Assembly (NCBI RefSeq): GCF_006345805.1 | Contig: NC_043004.1 | Coordinates: 9,920,001 to 9,984,000, forward strand | Direction: 5' to 3' | DNA length: 64,000 bases | DNA from: Octopus sinensis | Taxonomy: Eukaryota | Shown here: piece by piece, positions 38,240-50,601 of the stretch | Position numbering within the stretch: position 1 is the first letter of the stretch | Layout of the letters: every line of letters begins with the position of its first letter | Translations under genes and position numbers: made by a program | Notes under the pieces: model-generated | Seen by the model: the letters and a program-made list of their open reading frames with translations, nothing else | What the model was told of the DNA's origin: nothing | Databases searched by the model: none

Positions 38240-38778
38240 CCCGGCCCTCTGTTATGCATGTGTAAGTATGGTATTACCATTGTAGAGTTAGAAATTCCAT
38301 ACATTAGGAATTGTGACAACATTGTATAATACGAACAGAAAAGAGGTTGTATAAATATATACGAGAAAATGCTCTGGAATATGCTAAACCACATGCAGAC
38401 AGGGAGACGAAGGAGAATTAGCCGGATATTGCAAAGAATTACTCAAGAAAGGAAGTACTTCCTAACTGAAATATCAGTCCCAAGAGACGATAATAATTCC
38501 CTAAAAGAAAAGAGAAATATTCAAATATGCAGATCTGGAAATAGAGATAAACACAGTGAAGGGACTGACAACAAACAATTCTCATAACAAAAAACTTAAC
38601 TTCGGGACTTACAAATTCACATAATATACAGAAAACAGCATTACCAGACACTAATATTTCGTAGAATACTGTCAACGCATCAAAAACAATGAAACCAAAG
38701 CAAAATACTTCACATCCTTAAGACACAGAGAGTTGTGCTCGGTTGTATAATGAAAGCACGTAATAAAAATAAGACTAA
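38240..38778 (+). mobile_element. Degenerate R4/Dong 3' fragment
   Basis: Frameshifted RLE region; the 3' UTR (CACAGAGAGTTGTGCTCGG...GAAAGCACG.AATAAAAAT) matches 22870-22933. Confidence 0.7.
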
Positions 38779-39044
38779 TGAAAGAAAAAAATATTTTATT
38801 TGCAACAAGAGTGACGAGTGGCGGGGTCTTTAAGAGGATAAATTGTAAAACAGTGGGTTGGGTTACTCAAAATCTATTATGATGAAAAAAAAAAAAAACT
38901 GGTATGGGGGAACAAAATTTTACAAAAAGTACGAAATGAAACTTCTCTATAAGGAGACAACAATCTAGGGTCTATCAATGAATCAACAGTTCCGGAATTA
39001 TACTAATTGCTACAAGCAAATACATTCTAGTATTATTCTTTAGT

Positions 39045-39422
39045 CAGGAAGGGCAGGTAGTTTTCCTCTGTCTTGCGACTACGGAGAAAGAGATTGTGTG
39101 ATTGACGCGACTAAAAGGACTGACGACAGATGCTTTCCTTGTGAATGAAGGCAGATTGAATGTCATGCGTCTGTTGGCTGATAAGTACGAAGTAGAGAAG
39201 AGCACTCGACGAGCAGGATAACACGGGATCTTTGGAATTCTTTCGTAGCCCCTGGGTGATGTTTTTCTCCTTATTAAGGAATTTTGTTGTTATAATTCTC
39301 TTGTAACAAGAGAATGTTATTGTTTTTATTGTTTATAAACCCCAATATCCTTTGTATTAGCATCGTCCTAAATGCCTTTCTTTGTGGCCTTTGTGGTTAA
39401 TAAAGAAATTATTATTATTATT
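39045..39422 (+). mobile_element. Probable L1/Tx1-type LINE 3' end
   Basis: VFLCLATTEKEIV*LTRLKGL resembles Tx1-like C-termini; T-rich 3' UTR, AATAAA and (ATT)n tail. Confidence 0.45.
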
Positions 39423-39830
39423 AGCTTAGTAGCATTTCGTCAGTCTTTAAGGTTCTGTGTTCAAATTCAACCGAGGTCGACTTTGTCTTTCATCCTTTCA
39501 GGGTCGATAAAATAAGTCCCAGTTGAGCACTGGGGTCGATGTAATCGACTAGCCCTTTCCTTCAAAATTCCAGATCTTATGCCTATAGTAGAAAGCATTA
39601 TTTTTTCTGGTGGAATCGTTAATATGCCGGATAAAATGCTTAGCCGCATTAGGTTAATATGCCAGATAAAATGCTTAGCGGCATTAGTTCGAATTCCGCC
39701 GAGGTTGACTTTGCCTTTCATCTTTTCGGGGTTGATAAAAGAAGTAACAGATGAACACTGGGGTCAGTGATATCGACTGACCCACTCCCCTGATCTTGCT
39801 GGCCTTGTGCCAAAATTTGAAACCATTATT
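39423..39830 (+). mobile_element. Two tandem partial SINE B copies
   Basis: The B body occurs twice (~39460 and ~39690). Confidence 0.8.
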
Positions 39831-39847
39831 ATTAACATTTTTTTAGT

Positions 39848-40222
39848 GGCTCTCCGTCGGTTACGACGACAAGTGTTCCAGTTGATCCAATCAGCGAAAC
39901 AGCCTGCTCGTGAAATTAACGTGTAAGTGACTGAACACTCCTCAGACATGTGTACCCTTAACGTAGTTCTCGGGGAGATTCAGCGTGACACAGAGTTTGA
40001 CAAGACTGGCCCTTTGAAATACAGGTACAACAGAAACAGGAAGAAAGAGTGAGAGAAAGTTGTGGTGAAAGTGTACAGCAGGGTCCCCCCCTGCCAGAGC
40101 CGCGTGGAGATTTAGGTGTTTTCGCTCAATAAGCACTCACAACGCCCGGTCTGGGAATCGAAACCGCGATCCTAAGAGCGCGAGTCCGCTGCCCTAACCA
40201 CTGGGCCATTGCGCCTCCACAT
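39848..40222 (-). mobile_element. SINE family C, full length
   Basis: Reverse complement begins GTGGAGGCGCAATGGCCCAGTGGTTAGGGCAGCGGAC...GGTTTCGATTCCCAGACC (tRNA-like head). Confidence 0.85.
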
Positions 40223-40598
40223 TAACATTATTAGACACACCAGAAACAACAAACAAACATTCCAACAGAAAACATCACATCAGTATAAAATATCCCCCAA
40301 AAATCATATTAATAATAATAAAAAAAAAATAACAGAAACACAGTGTCATAAAAAAAAGAAAAAACAAAGCAAAAATCACAGTGGAAAATACAAAAAAAAG
40401 TCTTCTACTTTCTAGCTTCAGTAGGTTCTGAGATAGAAGACTGATCAATCGAATCAATTAATCAAGCAAACAAACTGGATAAAAACAGAGGCTACTAATT
40501 TTTTTTACCAGTTGGAATGTTGGAGATAGTGGTGGGGACAATGCTTGTGGTCCTCTATAATATTGGGATTAAATTCAGCTGCAGCAGTAACAGCATCA

Positions 40599-40795
40599 GT
40601 GGAGGCGCAATGGCCCAATGGTTAGGGCAGCGGACACGCGGTCGTAAGAACGCGGTTTCGATTCCCAGACCAGGCATTGTGAGTGTGAGCAAAAACATCT
40701 AAGCTCTACGGGGTTCCGGTGGGGGTTGGTAGTGAACCCCGCTGTACTTTTTCACTACGACTTTCTCCCACTCTTTCTTCCTACTTCCTACAAAG
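40599..40795 (+). mobile_element. SINE family C, 5' half
   Basis: Same head as the 39848 copy in the opposite orientation. Confidence 0.8.
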
Positions 40796-41129
40796 CAGAG
40801 CAACTATGGTGTAACCCACTATGGTGTGGTAAACTTTCAGACCCTAGTCTAGATTGCGAATCCTCTGTACCCCAGGATGGTTCCACCCGTTAAAAGCTAC
40901 CGTTTACGGAATGAGGATAATAACGTAGATTTCGTGCCCGTGCAACCGCCAATCTATCGTGTGTGGTGGGTGGATCTTCAAGTTGCCGCACGCATTCTTA
41001 GTAGCTTAGAGTAGACTCGAATTAGGGATTATTCTTTGTGGCTAATGGCGTGAGTCCTGATTGGAAGAAGAAGAAGAAGAAGAAGAAGAAGAAGCAACAG
41101 CATCATCATCATCATCAGCAGTTCTAACT

Positions 41130-41450
41130 GAACAAAGATGATCCAAGGAAGAGTCTCATGGTTGTTCAACCTACTAGAAATAACAGTCAAATTTACCTCA
41201 AACCATATCTAGCTCTTCTACAAAAAGAAGGGCACTTTGTACATTGCAGCCCCAGAATTTTATATCTGAAAAAAAAGAAAACAAAAGAAAAAATAACTGA
41301 ATGTACTTGTTCATAGATCTGCTTTGGCAAATAGAAGGCACAGAATACTCTGAAGTCTGAATAGGGAGGGACACATCAAGTAATGTCATCTTAGAACTTC
41401 TCTAACTAGATAGGATGGTCTAGGCTGGAATGCCTTTAGTCAATATCTGT
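41130..41450 (-). mobile_element. Family E
   Basis: CTAGAAATAACAGTCAAATTTACCTCAAA...GGATGGTCTAGGCTGGAATGCC. Confidence 0.55.
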
Positions 41451-41508
41451 TTTATATTACACTTTCATTCACATCTAGTGCTTGTTGGTTCTTTATGAGA
41501 ATCTACAT

Positions 41509-41650
41509 AGGTGCAGGTGTGGCTGTGCGGTAAGAAGTTTGCATTCCACCCACATAGTCCGAGTCCAGTCCCACTGCATGGCACCTTAGCCGACTAAAGC
41601 CTTGTGAGTAGATTTGGTAGACGGAAACTGAAAGAAGCTCGTCATATATA
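41509..41650 (+). mobile_element. SINE family A head
   Basis: Head up to the TA tract, followed by element P4. Confidence 0.8.
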
Positions 41651-41654
41651 TATA

Positions 41655-41915
41655 TTTCGCTTTTGGATTTGGTTTGTAAGATTCTTTAAGTGAGTTCGTG
41701 TGTTGAAGCATGTTCTGGTGTGTCTAGGGAGAGTCATTCTCTTTTAGTGCCTTATAATTTAACACACTCACTGGTAAAATTTCCACTCATTTCCTTCTTT
41801 ATTTTTCTAAAATTTTCGTTGCGTCTTGCAAACTTTTTAATAGCTGTAAGAGTCAAAACTGGTGAGTGTGTTAAATTATAAGGCACTAAAAGAGAATGAC
41901 TCTCCCCAGTCACAA
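41655..41915. mobile_element. (TA)n-embedded element P4 with a 45-bp perfect inverted repeat
   Basis: 41727-41771 is the exact reverse complement of 41862-41906; PLE-like inverted terminus is inference. Confidence 0.5.
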
Positions 41916-41964
41916 CAGTATATATATATTATATATATATATATATAATATATATATATATATA

Positions 41965-42931
41965 GTCGGCTCCAGCTCGTATCCGAGCATTGGGTTCGTC
42001 AGTATCCATCTAGTCTCCTCGGCTGATGTTTGTGCCGAAAGTGACTGTGGAGTCCAAGTCGGTGGTGACAGAGTCGTGGTCAGAACTAGCACGGGATGGT
42101 CGGTATAGGTCGAGGATGTTGAAGGCACTCCTTTCTTCTCTTGCGTTTTGCCCCCTCATTCTGTTGTCTGTTCTGCTCGAAGGAGCTGGCTCCATTGCGG
42201 ATAGCAGTCATCCAGGCTGTCCTATCCATGGCAGTCTGTTCCCATGTAGATGGCTGGATGTTAGCTTCCGTTTGAGCTGGTCTTCAAAACGGAATTTCGG
42301 ATCTCCTCTGGGTCTTGTTCCGATTGCAAGTTCTCCGTAGAGTATGATCCTTGGCAGACGAGAGGGTTCCATACGCTGGACGTACCTGCCCAGCAGAGAC
42401 AATGGCGAAGAATGTTGGCTTCGACACTTGCTAGTGAGGCGCGGCGAAGAACCTCGTCGTTGGTAATGTGATCTTCCCATTGTATGTTGAGGATCTGTCG
42501 TAGCTTCGATTGCTGGAAGCATTCAAGGCGCTTGAAATCACGGCATTACAACGTCCAAATCTCACAAGCGTAGAGTTGACAGGACAATGGCACGGAAGAC
42601 CATGATCTTTGTCAGGATAGTCAGCGCGTAATTGAAGAATACGCGTTGGCTGAGTCTGCCGAAGGCGGAGTGGGCCGCCCCAATCCGGTTCTCCACGGCC
42701 TTTTCACACGTGGGGGGTCTTCGCAAGGATTCTTCCAAGGCACGTGAAGTATTCAACGTCTTCTAAGGGTTGGCCGTTGATGCTAATGTTTGGTGGTGGA
42801 TTGTTCTGGCCTGATGCAGGTTTGACCAGTGTCGTGGTCTTTAATGTTTTTATCTGCATCCCGAAGCATTCGTAAGCCGCGTTGTAAAGATCGGCCGTCC
42901 TTTGTAAGCCATCTGCGGTCCGGCTCGGCGG
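41965..42931 (-). mobile_element. RTE-clade LINE, 5'-truncated, frameshifted
   Basis: Minus-strand peptides NISINGQPLEDVEYFTCLG, NRIGAAHSAFGRL and RLPRIILYGELAIGTRPRG are typical RTE/BovB-like ORF C-terminal motifs. Confidence 0.88.
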
Positions 42932-43002
<71 letters not shown>

Positions 43003-43031
43003 CACACACATATATATGTATATGTATAATT

Positions 43032-43189
43032 GTAGGAGTGGCTGTGTGGTAAGTAGCTTGCTTACGAACCACATGGTTCCGAGTTCAGTCCCACTGCTTG
43101 GTACCTTGGGCAAGTGTCTTCTACTGTAGCCTCGGGCCGACCAAAGCCTTGTGATTCGATTTGGTAGACGGAAACTGAAGAAGCCCGTC

Positions 43190-43250
<61 letters not shown>

Positions 43251-43510
43251 TATATATATATATGTATGTATTTGTCTGTTTATACGTTTGTGTGTCTGTG
43301 TGTGTGTCCTCCCAACATCGCTTGACAACCGATGCTGGTGTGTTTACGTGCCAGTAACCTAGCGGTTCGGCAAAAGAGACCGATAGAATAAGTACTAGGC
43401 TTCCAAAGAATAAGTCCTGGGGTCGATTTGCTCAACTAAAGCATGGCCACAGTCAAATGCTCCAGCATGGCCACAGTCAAATGAGTGAAACAAGTAAAAG
43501 AATAGAGAGT
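43032..43510 (+). mobile_element. SINE family A, full length
   Basis: Complete; small tandem duplication in the tail (GCATGGCCACAGTCAAATG twice). Confidence 0.9.
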
Positions 43511-43518
43511 ATATATAT

Positions 43519-43590
<72 letters not shown>

Positions 43591-43591
43591 T

Positions 43592-43804
43592 TTAATCCAA
43601 CATGAAAACACAAAGAGAAAACACAACAACGCGAGGACGTGGAACAAATATAGTATTATTGGACGCTCAGGAAGGAAGGGAAGAAGGAGGGTTTAACGTT
43701 TCGAGCGGAGCTCTTCGTCGGAAACATAGGAGAAGGAAAGATCCAGAGAAGGGAAGACAGAGGAAAAAAATATCGCCAACGGTACACACGCGGTCACATT
43801 TTGA

Positions 43805-43807
<3 letters not shown>
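43592..43807 (-). mobile_element. Family P1, copy 2 (hammerhead-like motif 43691-43725)
   Basis: Reverse complement of 4447-4672, between TA tracts. Confidence 0.7.
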
Positions 43808-43840
<33 letters not shown>

Positions 43841-43876
43841 GCTCTCTCTCCCTCTCTATTTCTCTCTCTGTCTCTG

Positions 43877-43952
<76 letters not shown>

Positions 43953-45481
43953 TATATATATATATATATATATACATGTATATATAATGATAATGATACT
44001 TATCTAACAGTGATCCAAGGGCAGAAGTTTGCTCAGGATCGGGATTTCTCTGCTTACATCAACCTCAGAAGTTCAAGCTGAACATTAACCACATTTACAG
44101 CAATAGTATTTGAGACCCTACAAAATCATGGACGCCTCTCCTCGACTTTTATCACAGTCAAAAGTAAACAAAAAGACAACTATCGTCAATGCAGCCTATT
44201 CTAAGAATAAATTTGCTGTTTCTTTACACGCATCTGTGTAGAACAGACTGGTTTATATATTTCGCATACTAGATTTTCAATGGATGGGTGAATCGACAGA
44301 GCATTGAAGAAAATACCTTGTACTAATCGGTTACTTCCATTCATCAATAAAATTGGTCCCAATCGATAATTACTAAGAATCGATCATAATCGATTATACG
44401 TTGGAAGGTGGTGCCCCAGTTTGGTTACAATCCAATTACTGAATCTGGAGAAGAAATAATTGAAATGGTTTCGACCCAACGGTGTAGTTCCCTAACTTTT
44501 AGGGTTCGTAGACTTGTATTATATTATAAATATATAATTCGTAGATGAAATACATTAATGTTGAATTAGCAAGTAGAATTTTTGAAAATTGAACATTCTT
44601 TTATCAGCTTTCTTGATACTCAAAAGCTATTTACGAGCAAAATATGAAAAAACAAAAGCAAAAAAACAAACAAACAAACAAAACAAACAATTTGATTTAT
44701 TATTCTGCAAGATTCCACCTTCTCCATTTTCTATACTCTACAACCTATTTCTAAATCCAGCAAGTAGAAAATTTCTTCAGTCAATCGGCAATGACAGCAA
44801 CTGTAAGCATATCTCCCTGGTTAGTAAGCATCAAATTAAACAACCTAGCGCTAGCTGTGTGTATAAGTATATGAAAGATGAAGAAAAGATGTTACTTATT
44901 CGGCAAATGGCGGCTAACTCAGAATTTGTGGCTTTCCGTTCATTCAGAATAATATCACATAATCACCTCAGTTTTCTAAAAGCTTGCCAGATTAGCTTCA
45001 ACCAGCAATATATCTTTTCCCAAAGGTCACTTGACTTTAACAGCTGCAGACGTCATATTTTGACCTAAAGGACGTTGTTAGATTTTTGCTATTGTTGACT
45101 AAATTCTTGTGACTTTTGCTCCGTTTCAAAACTAATTGCTGTATAGAAGTGAACAAGTTGGCTTACTGCTTTAGTGAAACCTAAATATTATGGAAATCTT
45201 TTAGAACGGTTAATAACTAATGTACGTAAGTTAATTCACTACCATTTAAGAAAATGGTTTTTGTTGTATAGAGAATTATCGATTAGTGGTTGGTGTTGAA
45301 TATAGTTCGTTTTATCACAGAAGACTTAGATATATGATACTTAGTATTATAGGCCAGGCTTTTACGAAAGTAATGTATCGTGTAACTGCTACGAAAATAC
45401 ATGCTCTGTTATAAATTAAACGACTTGTGTGCATAGTATTGACTATTATGTACATTGAAAAGTTTTAGTATCAGCGTTCTT

Positions 45482-45672
45482 AAGGCGGCGAGCTGGCAGA
45501 ATCGTTAGTACGCTGGACGAAATGCGTTGTGACATTTCGTCCGTCTGTAAATTCTGAGTTCGAATCCCGTCGACGTCGACTTCGCGTTTTACCATTTGGG
45601 ATCGATAAAATAAGAACCAGTTGAGCACTTTTCCCTCCCACCAAATTTAAGGACTTGTGTCTAAAGCAGAAA
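45482..45672 (+). mobile_element. SINE family B
   Basis: AAGGCGGCGAGCTGGCAGAATCG head. Confidence 0.8.
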
Positions 45673-45734
45673 GGGATAATTGGCGTTCTTGTATAACTAA
45701 AGATTGGGTTTCTGAATTCGTTCGTGCTATGTTA

Positions 45735-45955
45735 CTGATAATAAAGTTTATAGACCCCACTCCTTATCATTCTCTTAATTAATTATGGTTTCATTGACTT
45801 CAGTACTTGACTGATACTCACTTCATTTTATCAATCCAAAGAGGATGGAAATCGAAGTTGACACTATCAGAATTTGAACTCAGAATGTAATGAGAAATAG
45901 CAGAAGAAATACCGCAAAGCATGTTTTGCGACACACTACCGGATTTGCGACCTCA
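45735..45955 (-). mobile_element. Diverged SINE family B
   Basis: GAATTTGAACTCAGAATG...AAATACCGCAAAGCAT. Confidence 0.6.
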
Positions 45956-46003
45956 CTTCCTTATTCCCCTAATTAATAATAAGCTTTGAAGGATGAATGA
46001 TTA

Positions 46004-46054
<51 letters not shown>

Positions 46055-46154
46055 AGAGTGTAAGAGGTATCAATCATACACATTTCCAATATATTTGGTA
46101 TTAATCCAAGGTTGTCACTTGAACGCTTCATATTGGGCAGCCATTTATCTTTTT

Positions 46155-46582
46155 TTCTTTTATCTATTACTTGTTTCAATCATTGCAATGCGGCCAAGCT
46201 GGGGCGCCGCCTGAAGGGTTTTAGTTGAGCAAATCGACCCCAGTACTTATGTCTGTTCTTAAGCCTGGTACTTCATTTTGTCAGTTGTCTTTTGCCGAAC
46301 CGCTAAGTTACGGGCACGTAAACAAACCAACACCCCTTGTCAAGCAATAGCTGCATGTGACAAATACAGACACGCACAAACATATACACACACATGCACA
46401 TACACACAAACACGCATAAACACTTATATACATGACAAGCTTCCACACAGTTTCCGCATACTAAATCCACTCACAAGGTCTGGGGCTAAAAGACACTTTC
46501 CCAAGGTGTCGCATACTGGAACTGAACCCCAAGCCACATGGTTGCAAATCGAGCTTCTTAACCACACACCCATAACTGCACC
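46155..46582 (-). mobile_element. Diverged SINE family A
   Basis: Tail-to-head reverse-complement match. Confidence 0.75.
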
Positions 46583-47650
46583 TATTCAATTATTTCTTTT
46601 TCTTTGGTTGTTTAACTCTTCGTTATATCCTTGACTGAAAGAAACTGTAATCCAGCCATGACCTCTTCATCTTATTTTCAGACATGCTGTATGCAACTAC
46701 ATTCGCCAATGTGCTCATTGTGTTGTTTTATCAGACGCCAGGGTGTAATTTGAGGTAGATTTGGCTGTCATTTTTTCAACAGATCAAGCGACCGTAAAAA
46801 GTCTCCACGTTGTCTCTTGGTTGATAAACTCCGAGTCTTAGGTACCTAAAACGGGTATTAGGTATAAATGAGGGGACTCTGCTGGTCTCGATAATGAGTA
46901 TTCCTACTCGTTAAGTTAATGTAATGATAGCCGACAATTCTGCAGACGTATATACACTCACACACAAAGAGAATGAAAAAGAAGGATAAAAAGAAAGGGA
47001 AAGGAAAGGATGGAAAATGAGAAATAGCATTTGACTTCAATAACAGAATGAAAGAATGTAAGACAAAGTTGGTGCCATTTGAACTCAGAGTGCATGGAAC
47101 TGGAATGAATATCGGAGGACAACACTTTGAAACACACACACACAATTTATTGAATGATAGTTATAAAGACTCACATACAGGATTTGAAGTTTCTGTGCCA
47201 ACGATACGATGATCGTTGTACTTCTTCAACTGTCGCAAGTCCAGTTCTCCCAGCACCATCACTTACAGACACGAAAAAATCCTCTCAATTTATGTTAGTG
47301 TATGTGTATGTGAGAGTGTGTGTGTCTGTATGTCTGTGTGTGAGGTCTCACAAGTGGAGTTACTAGTAACATGTAGCCCAATGCATCCTATTGTATGATC
47401 GGGCAGTCGGTGACTAACCCGGCAACACTGTGAAGCCTCATTGGTGAATAGGGTGGATTTTGGACACCTTGTGAGATGAAATACAAGACCCATCAAAGAG
47501 CAAATAAATCGAGAAGAGTCAATGACCTTCTAATTACATATTACATATCTAACATTTTTCACTTAGTCAAAGTCTATGGTTCCATAACGCAATAAAGTAT
47601 GAGGTGGCCAAACCATGTGCCATCTTTCTGAAGAGTACAGCAGTCAACTG

Positions 47651-47945
47651 TCTGTGTGGTAAGTAGCTTGCTTACCAACCGCATGGTTCCGGGTTCTCAT
47701 TCCAATGGGGAAGTGTTTTCTACTTTACTCTCGGGCCGACCAAAGCCTTCTGAGTGGATTTGGTAGACGGGAACTGAAAGGCGCCCATCTTGTATGTGTG
47801 TGTGTGTGTTTGTGTGTGTTTGTGTGTGTGTATGTATGTGTGTGTGTGTGTGTGTGAGTGTTTGTGTGTATGTTTGTGTGTCTGTGTTTGTCCCCCACTA
47901 TCGCTTGACAACCGATGGTGGTGTGTTTATGTCCCCGTAACATAA
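47651..47945 (+). mobile_element. SINE family A, partial
   Basis: Head, microsatellite and start of body. Confidence 0.8.
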
Positions 47946-48298
47946 CGTTTTCTGAGTCTCCAGAAAAAGTGTGACAAAAACGCAGAATTTCTAATGTTTC
48001 TTAATGTGAAAAAGTGGAGTTGTTGAAGGAATTGACCCTTGAAAGCGTTCGAGGCTTATAGTGAAACTCTACAGGGTAGTTATCAAGAAGGGAAAAGTAA
48101 TCTGATTCAGCACAAACAGAGAAATCACCATCAACGTAACCTGGAATATTTCAACAGTAAAACATTATTTCTCACATACTTACTAACACCATAAGATTTT
48201 CAACGCACATAACCTGTACTTCTCTTTCGTAAATTAAAAAAAAATCTCTGTCCTTGAAAGAAATCAACCGTAGTTCATTAGAATTTGGAAGCCCATAG

Positions 48299-48342
<44 letters not shown>

Positions 48343-48398
48343 CAGTTGTTGAGATAAGACGTTGCGTAATGTCTTTTCCTCATATATATATATATACA

Positions 48399-48434
<36 letters not shown>

Positions 48435-48828
48435 TGTATGTATGTATGTATGTATGTATGTATATGTATGTATATTCATTTTATAATCTGTATTTTGTGC
48501 TCCGTGTAAATGTGTTTCAAGCGTAACTGTGTTTATTAACCATATCACCTCCATAATAGTTCGATTTGGATTGCTCGTATAGCCACTTCCGTGTCGTGGG
48601 CCCGTCCCCGGATGAGGAAGATTGAAATTAAATTGACGTTCATTTGACCATTACTCTATTATCGATATTGAGCTTATTTTGTTCTCACCCATCCATTCAC
48701 TCACCACACACACACCACACACACACACACAAACAAATGTTTGCTATGTCCAGTTATAATAAAAGCAATTTTACATTAATCTGATGGGTTACTTCATACT
48801 TTCGTACAAATTTTGTTATTCTTATATG

Positions 48829-48927
48829 AGAATGCTGTTGACAGTGACTTCGAAGCTTCGGCCAGCTAGGGCGTGCTTACGGTGGCTTAGCTGGCCGAAA
48901 CTTTGAAGTCACTGTCAACAATATTCT
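48829..48927. ncRNA. Long hairpin, pri-miRNA-like or TIR-only MITE
   Basis: 33-bp core stem 48836-48868 / 48888-48920 with one G-U and one C-A mismatch, extending imperfectly to ~40 bp; 19-nt loop. Confidence 0.3.
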
Positions 48928-49380
48928 TGTGGTAAGTAGCTTGCTTACCAACCACATGTTGCCGGGCTCAGTCCCACTGCGTGGTAGCTTGAGCAAGTGT
49001 CTTCTACTATAGCCTCGGGCCGACCAAAGCCTTGTGAGTGGATTTGGTAGACGGAAACTGAAAGAAGCCCGTCGTATATATGTATATGTATGTATGTACG
49101 TATGTATATATATATATATATATATATATTGAAATGGATAAATGAATGATCTTGTTACGGATTATTCAAATTATAACCGACACCTGGGTAGCAAAAATCA
49201 CAACAGAAAAATCACGGTTGAGGTTTGAGATTTAAGTTCCTGGATTTTCCTGAAGAGAAAGCTGCATAATGGTCTCCTTATTCAATCCGAATTAGGGAAT
49301 TTGCAGCCTTTGAAACATATGTAGAAAATAATAAAAAGGAATTTTGTAAAATCTTCGTTCAGCTCCATTTCTTCCCTCAC

Positions 49381-49443
<63 letters not shown>

Positions 49444-49652
49444 TTGTGTGTCTGTGTTCTCCCCCCAACATCGCTTGACAACCGATGCTGGTATATTTGC
49501 GTCCCCGTAACTTAGCGGTTCGGCAAAAGAGACCGACAGAAGAAGTACTAGGCTTACAAAGAATAAGTCCTGGGGTCGATTTGCTCGACTAAAGGCGGTG
49601 CTCCAGTATGGCCGCAGTCAAATGATTGAAACAAGTAAAAAGTAAAAGAGTA
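48928..49652 (+). mobile_element. SINE family A with a ~250-bp insert in its TA tract
   Basis: Head 48928-49080, unique insert ~49130-49382, body 49430-49652. Confidence 0.8.
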
Positions 49653-49746
49653 TGTATATCTATATATATATATATATTGTAAAATTTGATTTAATATTTC
49701 TAAATTGAATTTTTCCCTGTAAGTTTGGAATAATATTCCCTCATAT

Positions 49747-49777
<31 letters not shown>

Positions 49778-49790
49778 TATATATTATATA

Positions 49791-49821
<31 letters not shown>

Positions 49822-50601
49822 ATATATATATATTGCCTGCGTGTGGTTTTGTTCCCATTTTCTGTTGTGCTCCGTTACTGCGTTTCAGTTTGTACGAATG
49901 TTGTGAGGTGTCAAGTCATCATGGTGTACGGCATCCCTCCAAACTCTAACTTGGAGACACGGGGGTGGGGGTTGGGTAGAGTGAGAGGTGGGGATGACAA
50001 GGGTGCATGGGGGATGATAGGATGCTAATGGCATAATCACAGATAGAGTTCATTAGCTATACTATGAAATGGAAGTTCCACTGGCAAGAAAAAAAAACAA
50101 TAACAACAGCAGCAGCAGCAGTAGCGGAAGCGGCAGCAACTGTTGGCGGCAACAACTGCAGCAAGAGGACATTTTAGCTGGCAGTTTGTTGGAGCAAATC
50201 GAATCGAATAGTAGACTGCAGATTCAAAATATTTAAACTCTTTTGGAGATGTGAAATTTGCTTATCACATCTAAACATGGCACCCAACACCCATAGGCTA
50301 TCTTCTATGTAAGTTTTATAAGTTTAAGTCATTGAACGGTGGCCATGCTTGGGCACCACCTTGAGGATTTACGCGGAGCAAATCAACCCCAGCAACTAAT
50401 TTTTAAAGTCCATTACCGATTGTATCGGTGCTCTTTTGCTGAACCGCTATGCTTAGAAGACATCAACACGCACGCACACACACACACACACACACAAACA
50501 CAAGAGAAGAGTGGATGCCCGAAACGTAAAGGACTTTCCTTCCAAATTTATCCTAATTCTTGTGATTTTCTTTTATTTTTGCATTCCATACATATATATA
50601 T

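Noticed and set aside
40599-40675. tRNA-like sequence as a tRNA gene
   Set aside because: It has A/B boxes but continues into a SINE body shared with other copies, and I could not build a complete cloverleaf.
44589-45068. 159-aa non-repetitive plus-strand ORF
   Set aside because: No recognisable motif, it includes an AAAC-repeat-derived stretch, and there is no convincing splice or start context; compatible with chance.
47345-47480. Short IR TCTCACAAG / CTTGTGAGA as MITE termini
   Set aside because: Only 9-12 bp and no TSD; insufficient support.
50503-50590. Partial ...CCCGAAACGTAAAGGACTTT motif
   Set aside because: It has no CUGANGA-like core; it is a fragment of family P3 only.
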